NCBI GenBank assembly: GCA_965217585.1
Contig: OZ244561.1
Coordinates: 2,656,001 to 2,720,000 of the forward strand
Reading direction: 5' to 3'
Length of the DNA stretch: 64,000 nt
DNA from: Candidatus Latescibacterota bacterium
Lineage (GTDB): Bacteria > Latescibacterota > UBA2968 > UBA8231
Part shown: positions 28,007-37,642 of the stretch, piece after piece
Position numbering within the stretch: position 1 is the first letter of the stretch
Layout of the letters: the number at the start of each line of letters is the position of its first letter
The notes under the pieces: generated by a model
The model's database searches: none
What the model saw: only the letters and a program-made list of their open reading frames with translations
Told to the model about the DNA's origin: nothing
Made by a program: the position numbers and the translations under genes

Positions 28007-30958
28007 ATGAACAGACGAGTCTGTGGGGCCTTGCTGTCGCTGTTGTCGCTGTCGCTTGCGGGAGCGGCGTTTGCCGGCGATGTCGATTGGCCGTACTACG
28101 GGGCCGACCAAGGCGGCACCCGCTACACCCCGGCGGACCAGATCAATCGCGACAACTTCGATCAGTTGCGCGTGATCTGGCGCTACCGCCCCCCCGATCA
28201 GCAGATCTATGAGACGGCTGGCCCCAACCCGGAGGGACGCAACCTCAGCTTCGACAACAACCGCGGCACGCCGCTGGCCGTCAACGGCGTGATCTACTAT
28301 GCCTCGCCCTTCAACATTCTCGTGGCTCTCGACGGCCAAAGCGGCGAGGAACTGTGGACTTTCGACCCAGAGGCTTGGCGGATGAACTTCCGCTTTTTGG
28401 GCAATTTGCGCGGAGTTGGCTATTGGACCGATGGCGAGGTCGAGCGGATCTTTCTGGCCACTTCGACTTCCCATTTGTATTCCATCGACGCCAAGACCGG
28501 CCTGCCCGACCCGGACTTCGGCGAGGGTGGACGCGTCGATTTGGGGGCCTCGCTACGCCGGCCGCTGGGCGAAAGGGATCGCTGGAACTACGGAGTCACA
28601 TCCCAGCCCGTGGTCTGCCGAAGCGTGGTCGCCGTTGGCTCGGCTATGGGCGACTGGCGCTTCCAGCCGCCGCCCGAGTACACCCCTCCCGGCGACGTGC
28701 AGGCCTTTGACGCGCGTACCGGCGAGAAGGTATGGGAATTCCACACGATCCCGTTAGAGGGCGAATACGGCAACGAGACGTGGGAAAGCGATGCGTGGAG
28801 AAAGTACGGCGCGGCCAATGTCTGGGCTACGATGACGGCCGACGAGGAGTTAGGCTACCTCTACCTGCCGGTGAGCACAGCTAGCCACGACTACTACGGC
28901 GGCGAGCGCCCCGGCGACAACCTCTTCAGCGAGTCGGTCGTCTGTCTGAAAGCCGACACCGGCGAGCGAGTTTGGCACTACCAGCTCGTCCATCACGGTC
29001 TGTGGGACTATGACCCACCGGTTGCACCTCTGCTGTTGGACGTGGTCGTGGCTGGCCAAGTGCGCAAGGTCGTCGCCCAGCTAACCAAACAGGCCTTTTG
29101 CTTCGTCTTTGATCGCGTGACCGGCGAGCCGATCTGGCCGATCGTCGAACGGCCGGTGCCCCAATCGCAGGTGCCCAGCGAAAAGACGGCCCCGACGCAA
29201 CCCTTTCCGACCAAGCCTGCTCCCTTCGAACGCCAAGGCATCAGCGAGGACGACCTCATTGACTTTACGCCCGAGTTGCGCGAGGAAGCCAAGGCCATTC
29301 TCGCCGAATACGACTATGGTCCGCTCTACACGCCGCCAACGGAGCAGGGCGTCTTATCAGTCCCCGGTCAATGGGGCGGTGCCGACTGGGCGGGCGGTGC
29401 GGCGGATCCGCGCACGGGAGTACTCTACGTACCGTCGCACATGGCCATTACCACCGTGGAGTTGCATCGGGTAGATGACCCGGAGGCTCATTCGGCGTTT
29501 TCTGCTAGCAATAACATGCACGTCGTCGGCCCTCGGGGCCTACCGCTGGTCAAACCCCCGTACGGCAGTATCACCGCCATTGACCTCAACAGCGGCGAAC
29601 ACCTGTGGCAGACGACGGTAGGCAAGGGGCCGGTCGATCATCCGGCGCTCAAAGGGCACGACTTGCCGGATATGGGCTGGGACAACCGAACCTTTGTCCT
29701 AGCCACGCCGAGCCTCCTGTTGGCCACTTCGCAGGACCCGCACGGCTTAGCCGACGCCGGCGAGGATTACTTCGTCGATCGCGACGCGTACCTGCGGGCG
29801 TACGAGCTGGCGTCGGGCGAGGAAATCGGCCGCGTCGAATTGCCCAGCAATGCCTATGGCGCGCCGATGAGCTATACGGCCGGCGGCCGTCAGTTCGTGG
29901 TCCTGCCGCTAGGTAACTATCTAGGCGAATCGGGTCGCCCGCCCGAATTGGTCGCCTTGGCCATTCCGCACGAGGGCGAGGAACTGCCGCCCCAAGGCCG
30001 CGACCGCGGCGATGCCGATCACGGAGCCTTTTACGAAGCTGTAAAAGCCATTGATGCCGGAGACCGCGAGACGCTACAGAAACTGCTCGCGGAGTACCCC
30101 GAGCTAACGACGGCACGCGGCTATTCCGACGAGTACTACGAATATCCTTACTTTCGTGGAGCCACTCTCTTGCACCACCTCGCCGGCGAGCCGCAACGAG
30201 CGCCGCTACCCGAAAACGCGGTTAAACTAGCTGCTGCCCTGCTCTCAGCCGGTGCCGACCCCAACGCCACCACGTATGACTCGGTCGCTGTGCTGGACTT
30301 GGTGATAAGCAGTGCCCAGCTCGGTTGGGCTGGGAATAAGGACGAGATGGTTCAGCTCTTGGCCGCCGAGGGCGTGGACTTAGGGCGCAACCGAGGTCGG
30401 GTGCTGTGGGACGCGCTTATCGAGGGAGAATTGGAGCTAGCTCGCATGTTGATCGCGGTGGGTGCGCCCGTGGATTTGCGCTTTGCCGCCGGGGTCAACC
30501 GCGTTGATCTGATGGCGGAATTCTTCGACTCGGAGGGCAAGTTGAAAGAGGGAACCGGCCATCTCTACCACCCGGACCCGGACACTGTGCTGACCGCCGA
30601 GCAGATTATAGTGGAAGCACTCAATTTTGCGGCCTATAGCGGCGCGTTGGAAGCGGCGGAATTCTTGCTGGATCGAGGTGCGGATATCGACGGCTTTGCC
30701 GGTGAGTTTCACCGTTACGACCACGGCAGTACGCCTCTGCACAAAACCGCCATGGCCAACCAGCTAGAGATGGCCCGCCTGCTCTTGGCGCGGGGCGCGA
30801 ACTCGCTCCTGGGGGACCGGGCCTATGACACCACGCCTTATGGGTGGACCAACTACTTGGATACCTCTAAGGCCCTCGACGAGCTGCTCAAAGAGCACTA
30901 TGAGGCCGCCGTAGAGAAGGCGGGTACCCGAACGGAAGAGGAGAAATCCGATGAATAA
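28007..30958 (+). CDS. Secreted PQQ-dependent (quinoprotein glucose dehydrogenase-like) dehydrogenase fused to a C-terminal ankyrin-repeat domain, copy 1
   Basis: ATG after GAGGAG; DWPYYG.D.GGTRY, GAANVW, DYYGGERPGDNL, QLVHHGLWDYD and PPYG..TAIDL; ankyrin GATLLH, GADPNA and STPLH. Confidence 0.85.
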   Translation: MNRRVCGALLSLLSLSLAGAAFAGDVDWPYYGADQGGTRYTPADQINRDNFDQLRVIWRYRPPDQQIYETAGPNPEGRNLSFDNNRGTPLAVNGVIYYASPFNILVALDGQSGEELWTFDPEAWRMNFRFLGNLRGVGYWTDGEVERIFLATSTSHLYSIDAKTGLPDPDFGEGGRVDLGASLRRPLGERDRWNYGVTSQPVVCRSVVAVGSAMGDWRFQPPPEYTPPGDVQAFDARTGEKVWEFHTIPLEGEYGNETWESDAWRKYGAANVWATMTADEELGYLYLPVSTASHDYYGGERPGDNLFSESVVCLKADTGERVWHYQLVHHGLWDYDPPVAPLLLDVVVAGQVRKVVAQLTKQAFCFVFDRVTGEPIWPIVERPVPQSQVPSEKTAPTQPFPTKPAPFERQGISEDDLIDFTPELREEAKAILAEYDYGPLYTPPTEQGVLSVPGQWGGADWAGGAADPRTGVLYVPSHMAITTVELHRVDDPEAHSAFSASNNMHVVGPRGLPLVKPPYGSITAIDLNSGEHLWQTTVGKGPVDHPALKGHDLPDMGWDNRTFVLATPSLLLATSQDPHGLADAGEDYFVDRDAYLRAYELASGEEIGRVELPSNAYGAPMSYTAGGRQFVVLPLGNYLGESGRPPELVALAIPHEGEELPPQGRDRGDADHGAFYEAVKAIDAGDRETLQKLLAEYPELTTARGYSDEYYEYPYFRGATLLHHLAGEPQRAPLPENAVKLAAALLSAGADPNATTYDSVAVLDLVISSAQLGWAGNKDEMVQLLAAEGVDLGRNRGRVLWDALIEGELELARMLIAVGAPVDLRFAAGVNRVDLMAEFFDSEGKLKEGTGHLYHPDPDTVLTAEQIIVEALNFAAYSGALEAAEFLLDRGADIDGFAGEFHRYDHGSTPLHKTAMANQLEMARLLLARGANSLLGDRAYDTTPYGWTNYLDTSKALDELLKEHYEAAVEKAGTRTEEEKSDE

Positions 30959-33911
30959 ACGCGTCTGTCGGGCCTTGTCGGTCTTGTTATCGCTATCGAT
31001 CGCGACAGCGGCGTTTACCAGCGATGTTGATTGGCCGTACTACGGGGCCGATCAGGGCGGCACCCGCTACACCCCCGCCGACCAGATCAATCGCGACAAT
31101 TTCGATCAGTTGCGCGTGGTCTGGCGCTACAGGCCCCGCGACCAGCAGATATCCGAAACGGCTAGGGCTAGCCGGGGTCGGGATCGGGGCCAAGGTGGTC
31201 GGCGGCGCGGCGGATTCCGCCTCGGTTTCGACAACAATCGCGGCACGCCGGTCGCCATTAACGGCGTGCTTTACTATGGCTCGCCCTACAACATCCTCTC
31301 GGCCATTGACGGCCAAAGTGGCGAGGAACTGTGGGCGTTCGATCCGGAGTCTTGGCAGGCCAGTTCCATGTTCTTGGGCAATTCGCGCGGGGTGAGCTAT
31401 TGGACCGATGGTGAGGTTGAGCGGGTCTTTCTGGCCACTTCGACCGCTCATCTGTACTCCATAGACGCCAAAACCGGCATCCCCGACTCGACTTTTGGCG
31501 AGGGCGGGCGCGTCGATTTAGGGGCCTTACTGCGCCGGCCGTTGAGCGAACGGGAGCGCAGGGGCTACGGAGTTACCGCCCCGCCCGTGGTCTGCCGAGG
31601 CGTGGTCGCCGTTGGCTCGGCGATCATGGATGTGCGCGGCCGGCCGCCAGCCGAGTACATACCCCCGGGCGATGTGCAGGCCTTCGATGCGCGTAGCGGC
31701 GAGAAGGTGTGGGAATTCCACACGATCCCGCAGGAGGGCGAGTACGGCAACGAGACGTGGGGGTACGCTGCGTGGAAAACCTACGGCGCGGCCAATGTGT
31801 GGGCTACGATGACGGCCGATGAGGAACTGGGAAACCTCTACCTGCCGGTGAGCACGGCCAGCCACGACTACTACGGCGGCGAGCGCCCCGGCGACAACCT
31901 CTTCAGCGAGTCGGTCGTCTGTCTGAAAGCCGAGACTGGCGAGCGGGTGTGGCACTACCAGCTAGTCCACCACGGCCTGTGGGATTACGACCCGCCGGCC
32001 GTGCCCCTGCTGTTGGACGTGGTCGTCGATGGCCAAGAGCGCAAGATCGTCGCCCAGCTTACGAAACAGGCCTTTTGCTTTGTCTTTGACCGCGTAACCG
32101 GCGAGCCGATCTGGCCCATCGTTGAAAAGTCGGTTCCGCAGTCGCAGGTAGCGGGGGAAAAGACCTCGCCGACGCAGCCGTTCCCAACCAAGCCCGTGGC
32201 CTTTGAGCGCCAAGGCATCAGCGAGGACGACCTCATTGACTTTACGCCCGAGTTGCGCGAGGAAGCCAAGGCCATTCTCGCCGAATACGATTACGGTCCG
32301 CTCTACACGCCGCCGACGGAGAAGGGCGTCTTGTCGGTTCCCGGCCAATGGGGTGGTGCCGACTGGGCGGGCGGCGCGGCCGATCCGCGCACGGGTGTGC
32401 TCTACGTGCCGTCGCACATGGCCATTACCAACGTGCAGTTGCGTCGGTTAGATGACCCAGAGGCTTATTCGGCGTTTTCTGCCCGCGCCGGCGAGCACAT
32501 CGTCGGTCCTCGGGGTCTGCCGCTGGTCAAGCCCCCGTACGGCAGCATCACCGCGATTGACCTCAATAGCGGCGAACACCTTTGGCGGACCGCAGTGGGC
32601 GAAGGCCCGGTCAATCACCCAGCACTCAAAGGGTTTGACCTGCCGGATATGGGCTGGGACAACCGCACCTTTGTCCTAGCCACGCCGAACCTTCTGTTGG
32701 CCACTTCCGAGGACCCGCACGACCTAGCCGACGCCGGCAGGGACTACTTCGTCGACCGCGACGCGTACCTGCGGGCGTACGATTTGGCGTCAGGTGAGGA
32801 GATCGGCCGCGTCGGACTGCCTAGCAACGCCTATGGCGCGCCGATGAGCTATACGGCCGGCGGGCGCCAATACGTGGTCGTGCCGCTGGGCAACCGCCAA
32901 AGCAGGTCTGGGCGCCCGCCCGAATTAGTCGCCTTGGCCATTCCGCACGAGGGCGAGGAACTGCCGCCCCAAGGCCGGGACCGTGGCGATACCGACCACC
33001 GGGCCTTTTACGAGGCCGTAAAAGCCATCGACGTCGGCGACAGTGAGACGCTACAGAAACTGCTCGCTGAGTACCCCGAGCTAGCGACGGCACGTGGCTA
33101 TTTCGACGAGTACTACGAATACCCGTACTTTCGCGGAGCCACTCTCCTGCACCACCTAGCCGGCGAGCCACGAGGAGTGCCGCTACCCGAAAACGCGGTT
33201 GAACTAGCCGCTGCCCTGCTCTCAGCCGGTGCCGACCCCAACGCCGCCACGTACGACTCGATCACCGTGCTAGATCTGTTCATAAGAAGCGATCAGCTCG
33301 AATGGGCCGGGAGCAAGCCCGAAATGGTCCGACTGCTAGTGACCAACGGCGTAGATGTGAACCGCAACCGGGGCCAAATTTTATGGAACGCGCTTAGGGA
33401 AAGGAATCTAGATCTGGCGCACATGTTGGTCGCTGAGGGAGCGACCGTGGATTTGCGCTTTGCCGCCGGGGTCAACCGCGTTGATCTGATGGCCGAGTTC
33501 TTCGACTCCGCAGGCCAGCTAAAAGAGGACATCGGCCACCTCTACCACCCGGATCCGGACACCGTGCTCACCGCCGAGCAGATTATGGTGGAAGCGCTCA
33601 ATTTTGCGGCCTATAGCGGTGCGCTGGAAGCGGCGGAGTTTTTGTTGGATCGCGGTGCGGATATCAATGGGTTGGCCGGTGGGTTTAACCGTTACGACCG
33701 AGGTAGTACGCCCCTGCACAAAACCGTCATGGCCGACCAGCTAGAGATGGCCCGCCTGCTCTTGGCGCGGGGCGCGGACCCACTGGTGGGGGATCGGCGC
33801 TTTGACATCACGCCTTATGAATGGTCCAATTACCTGAATACCTCTAAGGCCCTCGACGAGGTGCTCAGAGAACACTATGAGGCCGCCTTAGAGCGGGCGG
33901 ATACGGACTAG
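30951..33911 (+). CDS. Secreted PQQ-dependent dehydrogenase/ankyrin fusion, copy 2 (tandem paralog)
   Basis: Same architecture as copy 1, with long nucleotide stretches identical to it. Confidence 0.85.
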   Translation: MNKRVCRALSVLLSLSIATAAFTSDVDWPYYGADQGGTRYTPADQINRDNFDQLRVVWRYRPRDQQISETARASRGRDRGQGGRRRGGFRLGFDNNRGTPVAINGVLYYGSPYNILSAIDGQSGEELWAFDPESWQASSMFLGNSRGVSYWTDGEVERVFLATSTAHLYSIDAKTGIPDSTFGEGGRVDLGALLRRPLSERERRGYGVTAPPVVCRGVVAVGSAIMDVRGRPPAEYIPPGDVQAFDARSGEKVWEFHTIPQEGEYGNETWGYAAWKTYGAANVWATMTADEELGNLYLPVSTASHDYYGGERPGDNLFSESVVCLKAETGERVWHYQLVHHGLWDYDPPAVPLLLDVVVDGQERKIVAQLTKQAFCFVFDRVTGEPIWPIVEKSVPQSQVAGEKTSPTQPFPTKPVAFERQGISEDDLIDFTPELREEAKAILAEYDYGPLYTPPTEKGVLSVPGQWGGADWAGGAADPRTGVLYVPSHMAITNVQLRRLDDPEAYSAFSARAGEHIVGPRGLPLVKPPYGSITAIDLNSGEHLWRTAVGEGPVNHPALKGFDLPDMGWDNRTFVLATPNLLLATSEDPHDLADAGRDYFVDRDAYLRAYDLASGEEIGRVGLPSNAYGAPMSYTAGGRQYVVVPLGNRQSRSGRPPELVALAIPHEGEELPPQGRDRGDTDHRAFYEAVKAIDVGDSETLQKLLAEYPELATARGYFDEYYEYPYFRGATLLHHLAGEPRGVPLPENAVELAAALLSAGADPNAATYDSITVLDLFIRSDQLEWAGSKPEMVRLLVTNGVDVNRNRGQILWNALRERNLDLAHMLVAEGATVDLRFAAGVNRVDLMAEFFDSAGQLKEDIGHLYHPDPDTVLTAEQIMVEALNFAAYSGALEAAEFLLDRGADINGLAGGFNRYDRGSTPLHKTVMADQLEMARLLLARGADPLVGDRRFDITPYEWSNYLNTSKALDEVLREHYEAALERADTD

Positions 33912-33948
33912 GCTCCGCTCCTTCGAGGATTCGCCGGGTGAAATGTGC

Positions 33949-33977
33949 TTGACAAATTCAAGGCGCAAAGATAAAAG
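33949..33977 (+). promoter_or_regulatory. Putative sigma70 promoter of the TauD-family gene
   Basis: TTGACA-17 nt-TAAAAG; the -35 box lies inside a CTTGA-n5-TCAAG inverted repeat. Confidence 0.35.
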
Positions 33978-34023
33978 TGCATAGACGAGCCACGCGGATC
34001 GCTATGGTAGAGGATGGAGCATC

Positions 34024-35232
34024 ATGGGCCAAAAGACAGAACCGTTAGACGAAAAGCTGCGCGAGTTATTCGGCACGGACGCCCGCAGCGAGGGGCCGCT
34101 GGCCGCTAGCGGTGCCGGGCGGCGCTTCACCGGCATAGACCTGTGCCGCCCGCTCAATCCCGAGCAGGTCGCCTTTCTGCTGGATGCCCTGAGCCAGTTT
34201 CGCATCGTCAGCATTGCCGGGCAGGACTTGGAAGCCTTTTCCCTAGCCCACTTTGAGCGCTTCGCCAACCACTGGGGCGCGCCGGTGCCGCATCCCAACA
34301 ACTTCATGCGTGGGGGTAAACCGGCCCAGCAAGATGGCGACAGCGACGGCCCTTTTGAGCTAATTCCCTTTGAGCGTCGCTCGGCAGCCGCGGTCAACGC
34401 CGCCTTCCCCGGCCAACTACAATGCCTGCCGCACGAGTCGCCTGCGGTGCTGGTTGTGTCCAACTTTCGGGGGGAACGCAGTACGGCTCCCGTCGGAGTG
34501 ACCGGGGGCGGCTCGTGGCACACGGATATTGAGTACGAGCCCTTGCCGATCTACGTCTCGATGTTTCTCGCCCACAAGTCGCCGGTGGCGCGCGATGCCC
34601 CAGGCGGGAATTGGGTGCAGGCACCCGACGACGGCAAGGCTCATCCATACTACGAAGGCTCGGATAGCGAACTCATACGGTTGCGCAAGCGCCTGCCGTT
34701 AAACGGCGAGACGGCTTTTGCCGACACCGCGGCGGCTTTTGCGGCGCTGCCGCCGACAGAGCAGACGGCTCTGGAGCAAATCCAGCTACGGCGGCGGTTG
34801 AACGAGGGAGACGAGGGCTGGCTCGCTCCGCTGGTGCGCACCAACCCGCGTTCCGGGATCAAGTCCCTGCACAGTCCAATCTGGGCATCGCGGCCACGGG
34901 TGCGGCCGGCGGTCGAGGTGGAGGGGTTGTCGGCGGAAGCATCGCGCGCATTCCTCGACCGGCTCGAAGCGCACGTGTTGCAGCCGCAGTTCCGCTACGA
35001 CCACCTGCACGAGCCGGGCGATGTGACGCTGTGGGACAACTACATGACCCTGCACAACTCGCCGCCGATCAAGTCGAATATCAACTCGCTCGACGATGCC
35101 CGGCTGCTGTACCGCTTGAGCTGCAAGGGCGAGCCGGCCCTGTCGTTGCCACGACGCGATGCGCCGGAGTGGCGCGCCGCCCACATCCCCGGTGGCTACG
35201 CCACGCCCTTGGAAATTATCGACATCGCTTAA
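34024..35232 (+). CDS. TauD/TfdA family Fe(II)/2OG dioxygenase
   Basis: WHTD, GETAFAD, PLVRTNP.SG.KSL, PGD..LWDN...LH and R.LYR. Confidence 0.85.
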   Translation: MGQKTEPLDEKLRELFGTDARSEGPLAASGAGRRFTGIDLCRPLNPEQVAFLLDALSQFRIVSIAGQDLEAFSLAHFERFANHWGAPVPHPNNFMRGGKPAQQDGDSDGPFELIPFERRSAAAVNAAFPGQLQCLPHESPAVLVVSNFRGERSTAPVGVTGGGSWHTDIEYEPLPIYVSMFLAHKSPVARDAPGGNWVQAPDDGKAHPYYEGSDSELIRLRKRLPLNGETAFADTAAAFAALPPTEQTALEQIQLRRRLNEGDEGWLAPLVRTNPRSGIKSLHSPIWASRPRVRPAVEVEGLSAEASRAFLDRLEAHVLQPQFRYDHLHEPGDVTLWDNYMTLHNSPPIKSNINSLDDARLLYRLSCKGEPALSLPRRDAPEWRAAHIPGGYATPLEIIDIA

Positions 35233-35303
35233 GAATATTGACAGCGTTCGTGTGAGATCGAAAAATATCGACATATCACTTCTTACTCCAGACGGAGGAT
35301 ACT

Positions 35304-35558
35304 ATGGCGAGCATTCTCGAAAAATCTCGTTCCCCCAAATGGGTATATGATGACTCGGGCAAGGTAATTGAGGTGATACTTGGATATGACGACTTCAAGA
35401 CCTTACTGCAAAAGATCGCTCGGGAAACCGATTGGGAGACACTCCCTCTGCATCTGCAAGATGCCGTTGATGCCCTATTAATGGAAGAGGCTAATGAGGA
35501 AAATGGCGAAACGCGGTCGTTACGAGATTTTCTTCGTGGGACCGGAGAATCACCTTAA
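35304..35558 (+). CDS. Putative antitoxin of a type II TA pair
   Basis: Small acidic ORF with GGAGG RBS directly upstream of relE; lower GC. Confidence 0.65.
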   Translation: MASILEKSRSPKWVYDDSGKVIEVILGYDDFKTLLQKIARETDWETLPLHLQDAVDALLMEEANEENGETRSLRDFLRGTGESP

Positions 35559-35560
35559 CG

Positions 35561-35821
35561 ATGGCTTATGCTGTTTATCTGCGTCCAGCAGCAGAACGAG
35601 AACGCCGTCGCCTGCAAGATCCTATTCGTCAACGCATAAATCAGCATCTTCTTCACTTAGAATCGGAACCACGTCCTTTAGGAGTAGAGAAACTAGTTGG
35701 CCGCTCGAATTCGTGGCGTATTCGAGTGGGAGACTATCGCATTCTTTACGAAATTGACGACGCTAATCAGCGCGTTACCGTCTTTCGCCTCGCTCATCGT
35801 AGAAACGTATATCGACCCTAG
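35561..35821 (+). CDS. relE: RelE/ParE family toxin
   Basis: PRPLGVEKLVG...WRIRVGDYRILYEIDD...HRRNVY. Confidence 0.9.
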   Translation: MAYAVYLRPAAERERRRLQDPIRQRINQHLLHLESEPRPLGVEKLVGRSNSWRIRVGDYRILYEIDDANQRVTVFRLAHRRNVYRP

Positions 35822-35907
35822 CGCAAGGGGTGGCAAAAAACATGGCCCCGACGCTCATATACTTAGCCACTTGGGACAGCGACAGCTTTCTTTTTCGTTG
35901 GCTAGGC

Positions 35908-36861
35908 TCAGTCGATATTGGTCTCGACGATTTCGGCATGAACCTGGAAGATATGGCTGTCGGCTGGATCGACGGTCACCCGCAGATAGTGGATATCGGG
36001 CGTGCCGAAAGGCTCGATGCGCGTGAAGCGCACCAAGCGCCGGCCCGTGGCTGCTTGGCGTAGCGGCTTGTCCACGCGGAAATAGTGGGAGTCGCCGTGG
36101 GCTAGGGCCACCGGTCGGCCAAAGCGGACGACCTCTTCTTCTAGAGCCTGCAAAAAAGTGGCGTACGGCCCGTCCGGCTCGTCTTCCCGTCTCTCAAAGC
36201 GCGGATTGGCGTGAATGATGAGGAAAATGGCGCGATGGTCTTGTTCCGCAGCTTGGACGAATGTTTCGCGCATCCAGGCAATGGCGGCGTTGGTGCGGCT
36301 TTTGACTTCCTCGTCGTTAGCTTGAGCGCGGCCTTTAAACTTGGCGGTGGCATTGTGACTGCCGACAATGTGCAGCACGGCAAAGCTCGTCCGCCCGTGG
36401 GTCCAGCGCACGTGCTCGGGGAAGGTGCCCCCTTGGGTGCCGACGCGCATGGGTTGCTGGCCCAGAGTCCAACCTGGGCGCGGAAAAAAGAGCGCCCGCA
36501 CGCGCGCCAGCCGATCCAGCGGCTGGTATCCGCTCCGGTGGCAGTCGGTCCAATCGTTGTCGCCAGGAGCCAAAATAAAAGGGCGTGCAAATTGCTGGAA
36601 CCACTCGAAGCGGCTCTGTAGCAGGCCATCGCTACAGGGGCTGCTACCGCCCTTGATATCGCCCACGTGGACGACCCATTCCAAACCCTCGGCGCGGTTA
36701 ATGTCCTCAACGAGCCGACCAAAGCGGACGCTGTCGGTCGGAGAGTATGGCATGTCCCCGATCAGGGCGAAGGAGAAAGGGGCATCGGCGGGTGGGTTTT
36801 GGGCGCTGGCGACGTCTAGCAGTGCGAGAATTAGGGATAGACTCAGAAGATGCCGGGCCAT
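35908..36861 (-). CDS. Secreted calcineurin-like metallophosphoesterase
   Basis: IGDMPY, HVGD, PGDNDW and HGDSH; signal peptide. Confidence 0.85.
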   Translation of the reverse strand: MARHLLSLSLILALLDVASAQNPPADAPFSFALIGDMPYSPTDSVRFGRLVEDINRAEGLEWVVHVGDIKGGSSPCSDGLLQSRFEWFQQFARPFILAPGDNDWTDCHRSGYQPLDRLARVRALFFPRPGWTLGQQPMRVGTQGGTFPEHVRWTHGRTSFAVLHIVGSHNATAKFKGRAQANDEEVKSRTNAAIAWMRETFVQAAEQDHRAIFLIIHANPRFERREDEPDGPYATFLQALEEEVVRFGRPVALAHGDSHYFRVDKPLRQAATGRRLVRFTRIEPFGTPDIHYLRVTVDPADSHIFQVHAEIVETNID

Positions 36862-37018
36862 ACATTTCCTCCATCTGGTTGTCAGTGCGTTGCTTGATGT
36901 CGGTTTTCTTAGGCATAAGCGAACTAAAAAATAAAGGTAGTTTTGGTAACAATGTTAAGGATCGGCTGTTCCACCTGATTAGCAAAATCGACCACTTTCA
37001 AGGAAAGACCGCAAGGCC

Positions 37019-37615
37019 ATGAATACACTCGTAGATCCCTCCCTAGCCAGAGAATTGGCCCAAGGCACGCCGACCCAGAAAGTCGATGCTTTATTCGCGT
37101 ACATGGAGCGCAGAGGCCAGTCCTTTTACGACGAAGTCGTGACCCAACTCGAACACGCCCTGCAATGCGCCCACCAGGCCCACCAGGCTGGGGCTGATTC
37201 GGTGCAAGTGGCGGCGGCCCTGCTGCACGATCTGGGTCATTTCCTAGCTGACGAGCACAACGAAGAAGCCGATTTCCTGACCGAGGATTTCCTTCACGAA
37301 AAAGTGGGTGCCGAGTATCTGGATCCCTTTTTCATCGACGCAGTGACCGAGCCAGTCGGGCTGCACGTGCCGGCCAAGCGCTATATCTGCACTGTGGATA
37401 GGTCCTATTACCAGACCTTGTCTCGGGCTTCCAAGCGGAGTTTTGAGTTGCAGGGCGGCTTCATGTCGGGCGAAGAAAAAGCGGCCTTTGAACGGAATCC
37501 CCATTGGGAAAGTGCCGTGCAGTTGCGCAAGTGGGACGACTTGGCCAAGGAGAAGGACCTAAAGACGCCGGGTTTGGAAAGCTATCGGGCGGCCGTGCAG
37601 GGCTGTTTGAAGTAA
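37019..37615 (+). CDS. PhnZ/TmpB-like HD-domain diiron oxygenase
   Basis: VTQLEHALQCA, ALLHDLGH, HEKVGA, LHVPAKRY, S...QGG.M and LRKWDD.AK. Confidence 0.8.
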   Translation: MNTLVDPSLARELAQGTPTQKVDALFAYMERRGQSFYDEVVTQLEHALQCAHQAHQAGADSVQVAAALLHDLGHFLADEHNEEADFLTEDFLHEKVGAEYLDPFFIDAVTEPVGLHVPAKRYICTVDRSYYQTLSRASKRSFELQGGFMSGEEKAAFERNPHWESAVQLRKWDDLAKEKDLKTPGLESYRAAVQGCLK

Positions 37616-37642
37616 TCGCGGCCCTCCGCTTCATGCTCTGGC

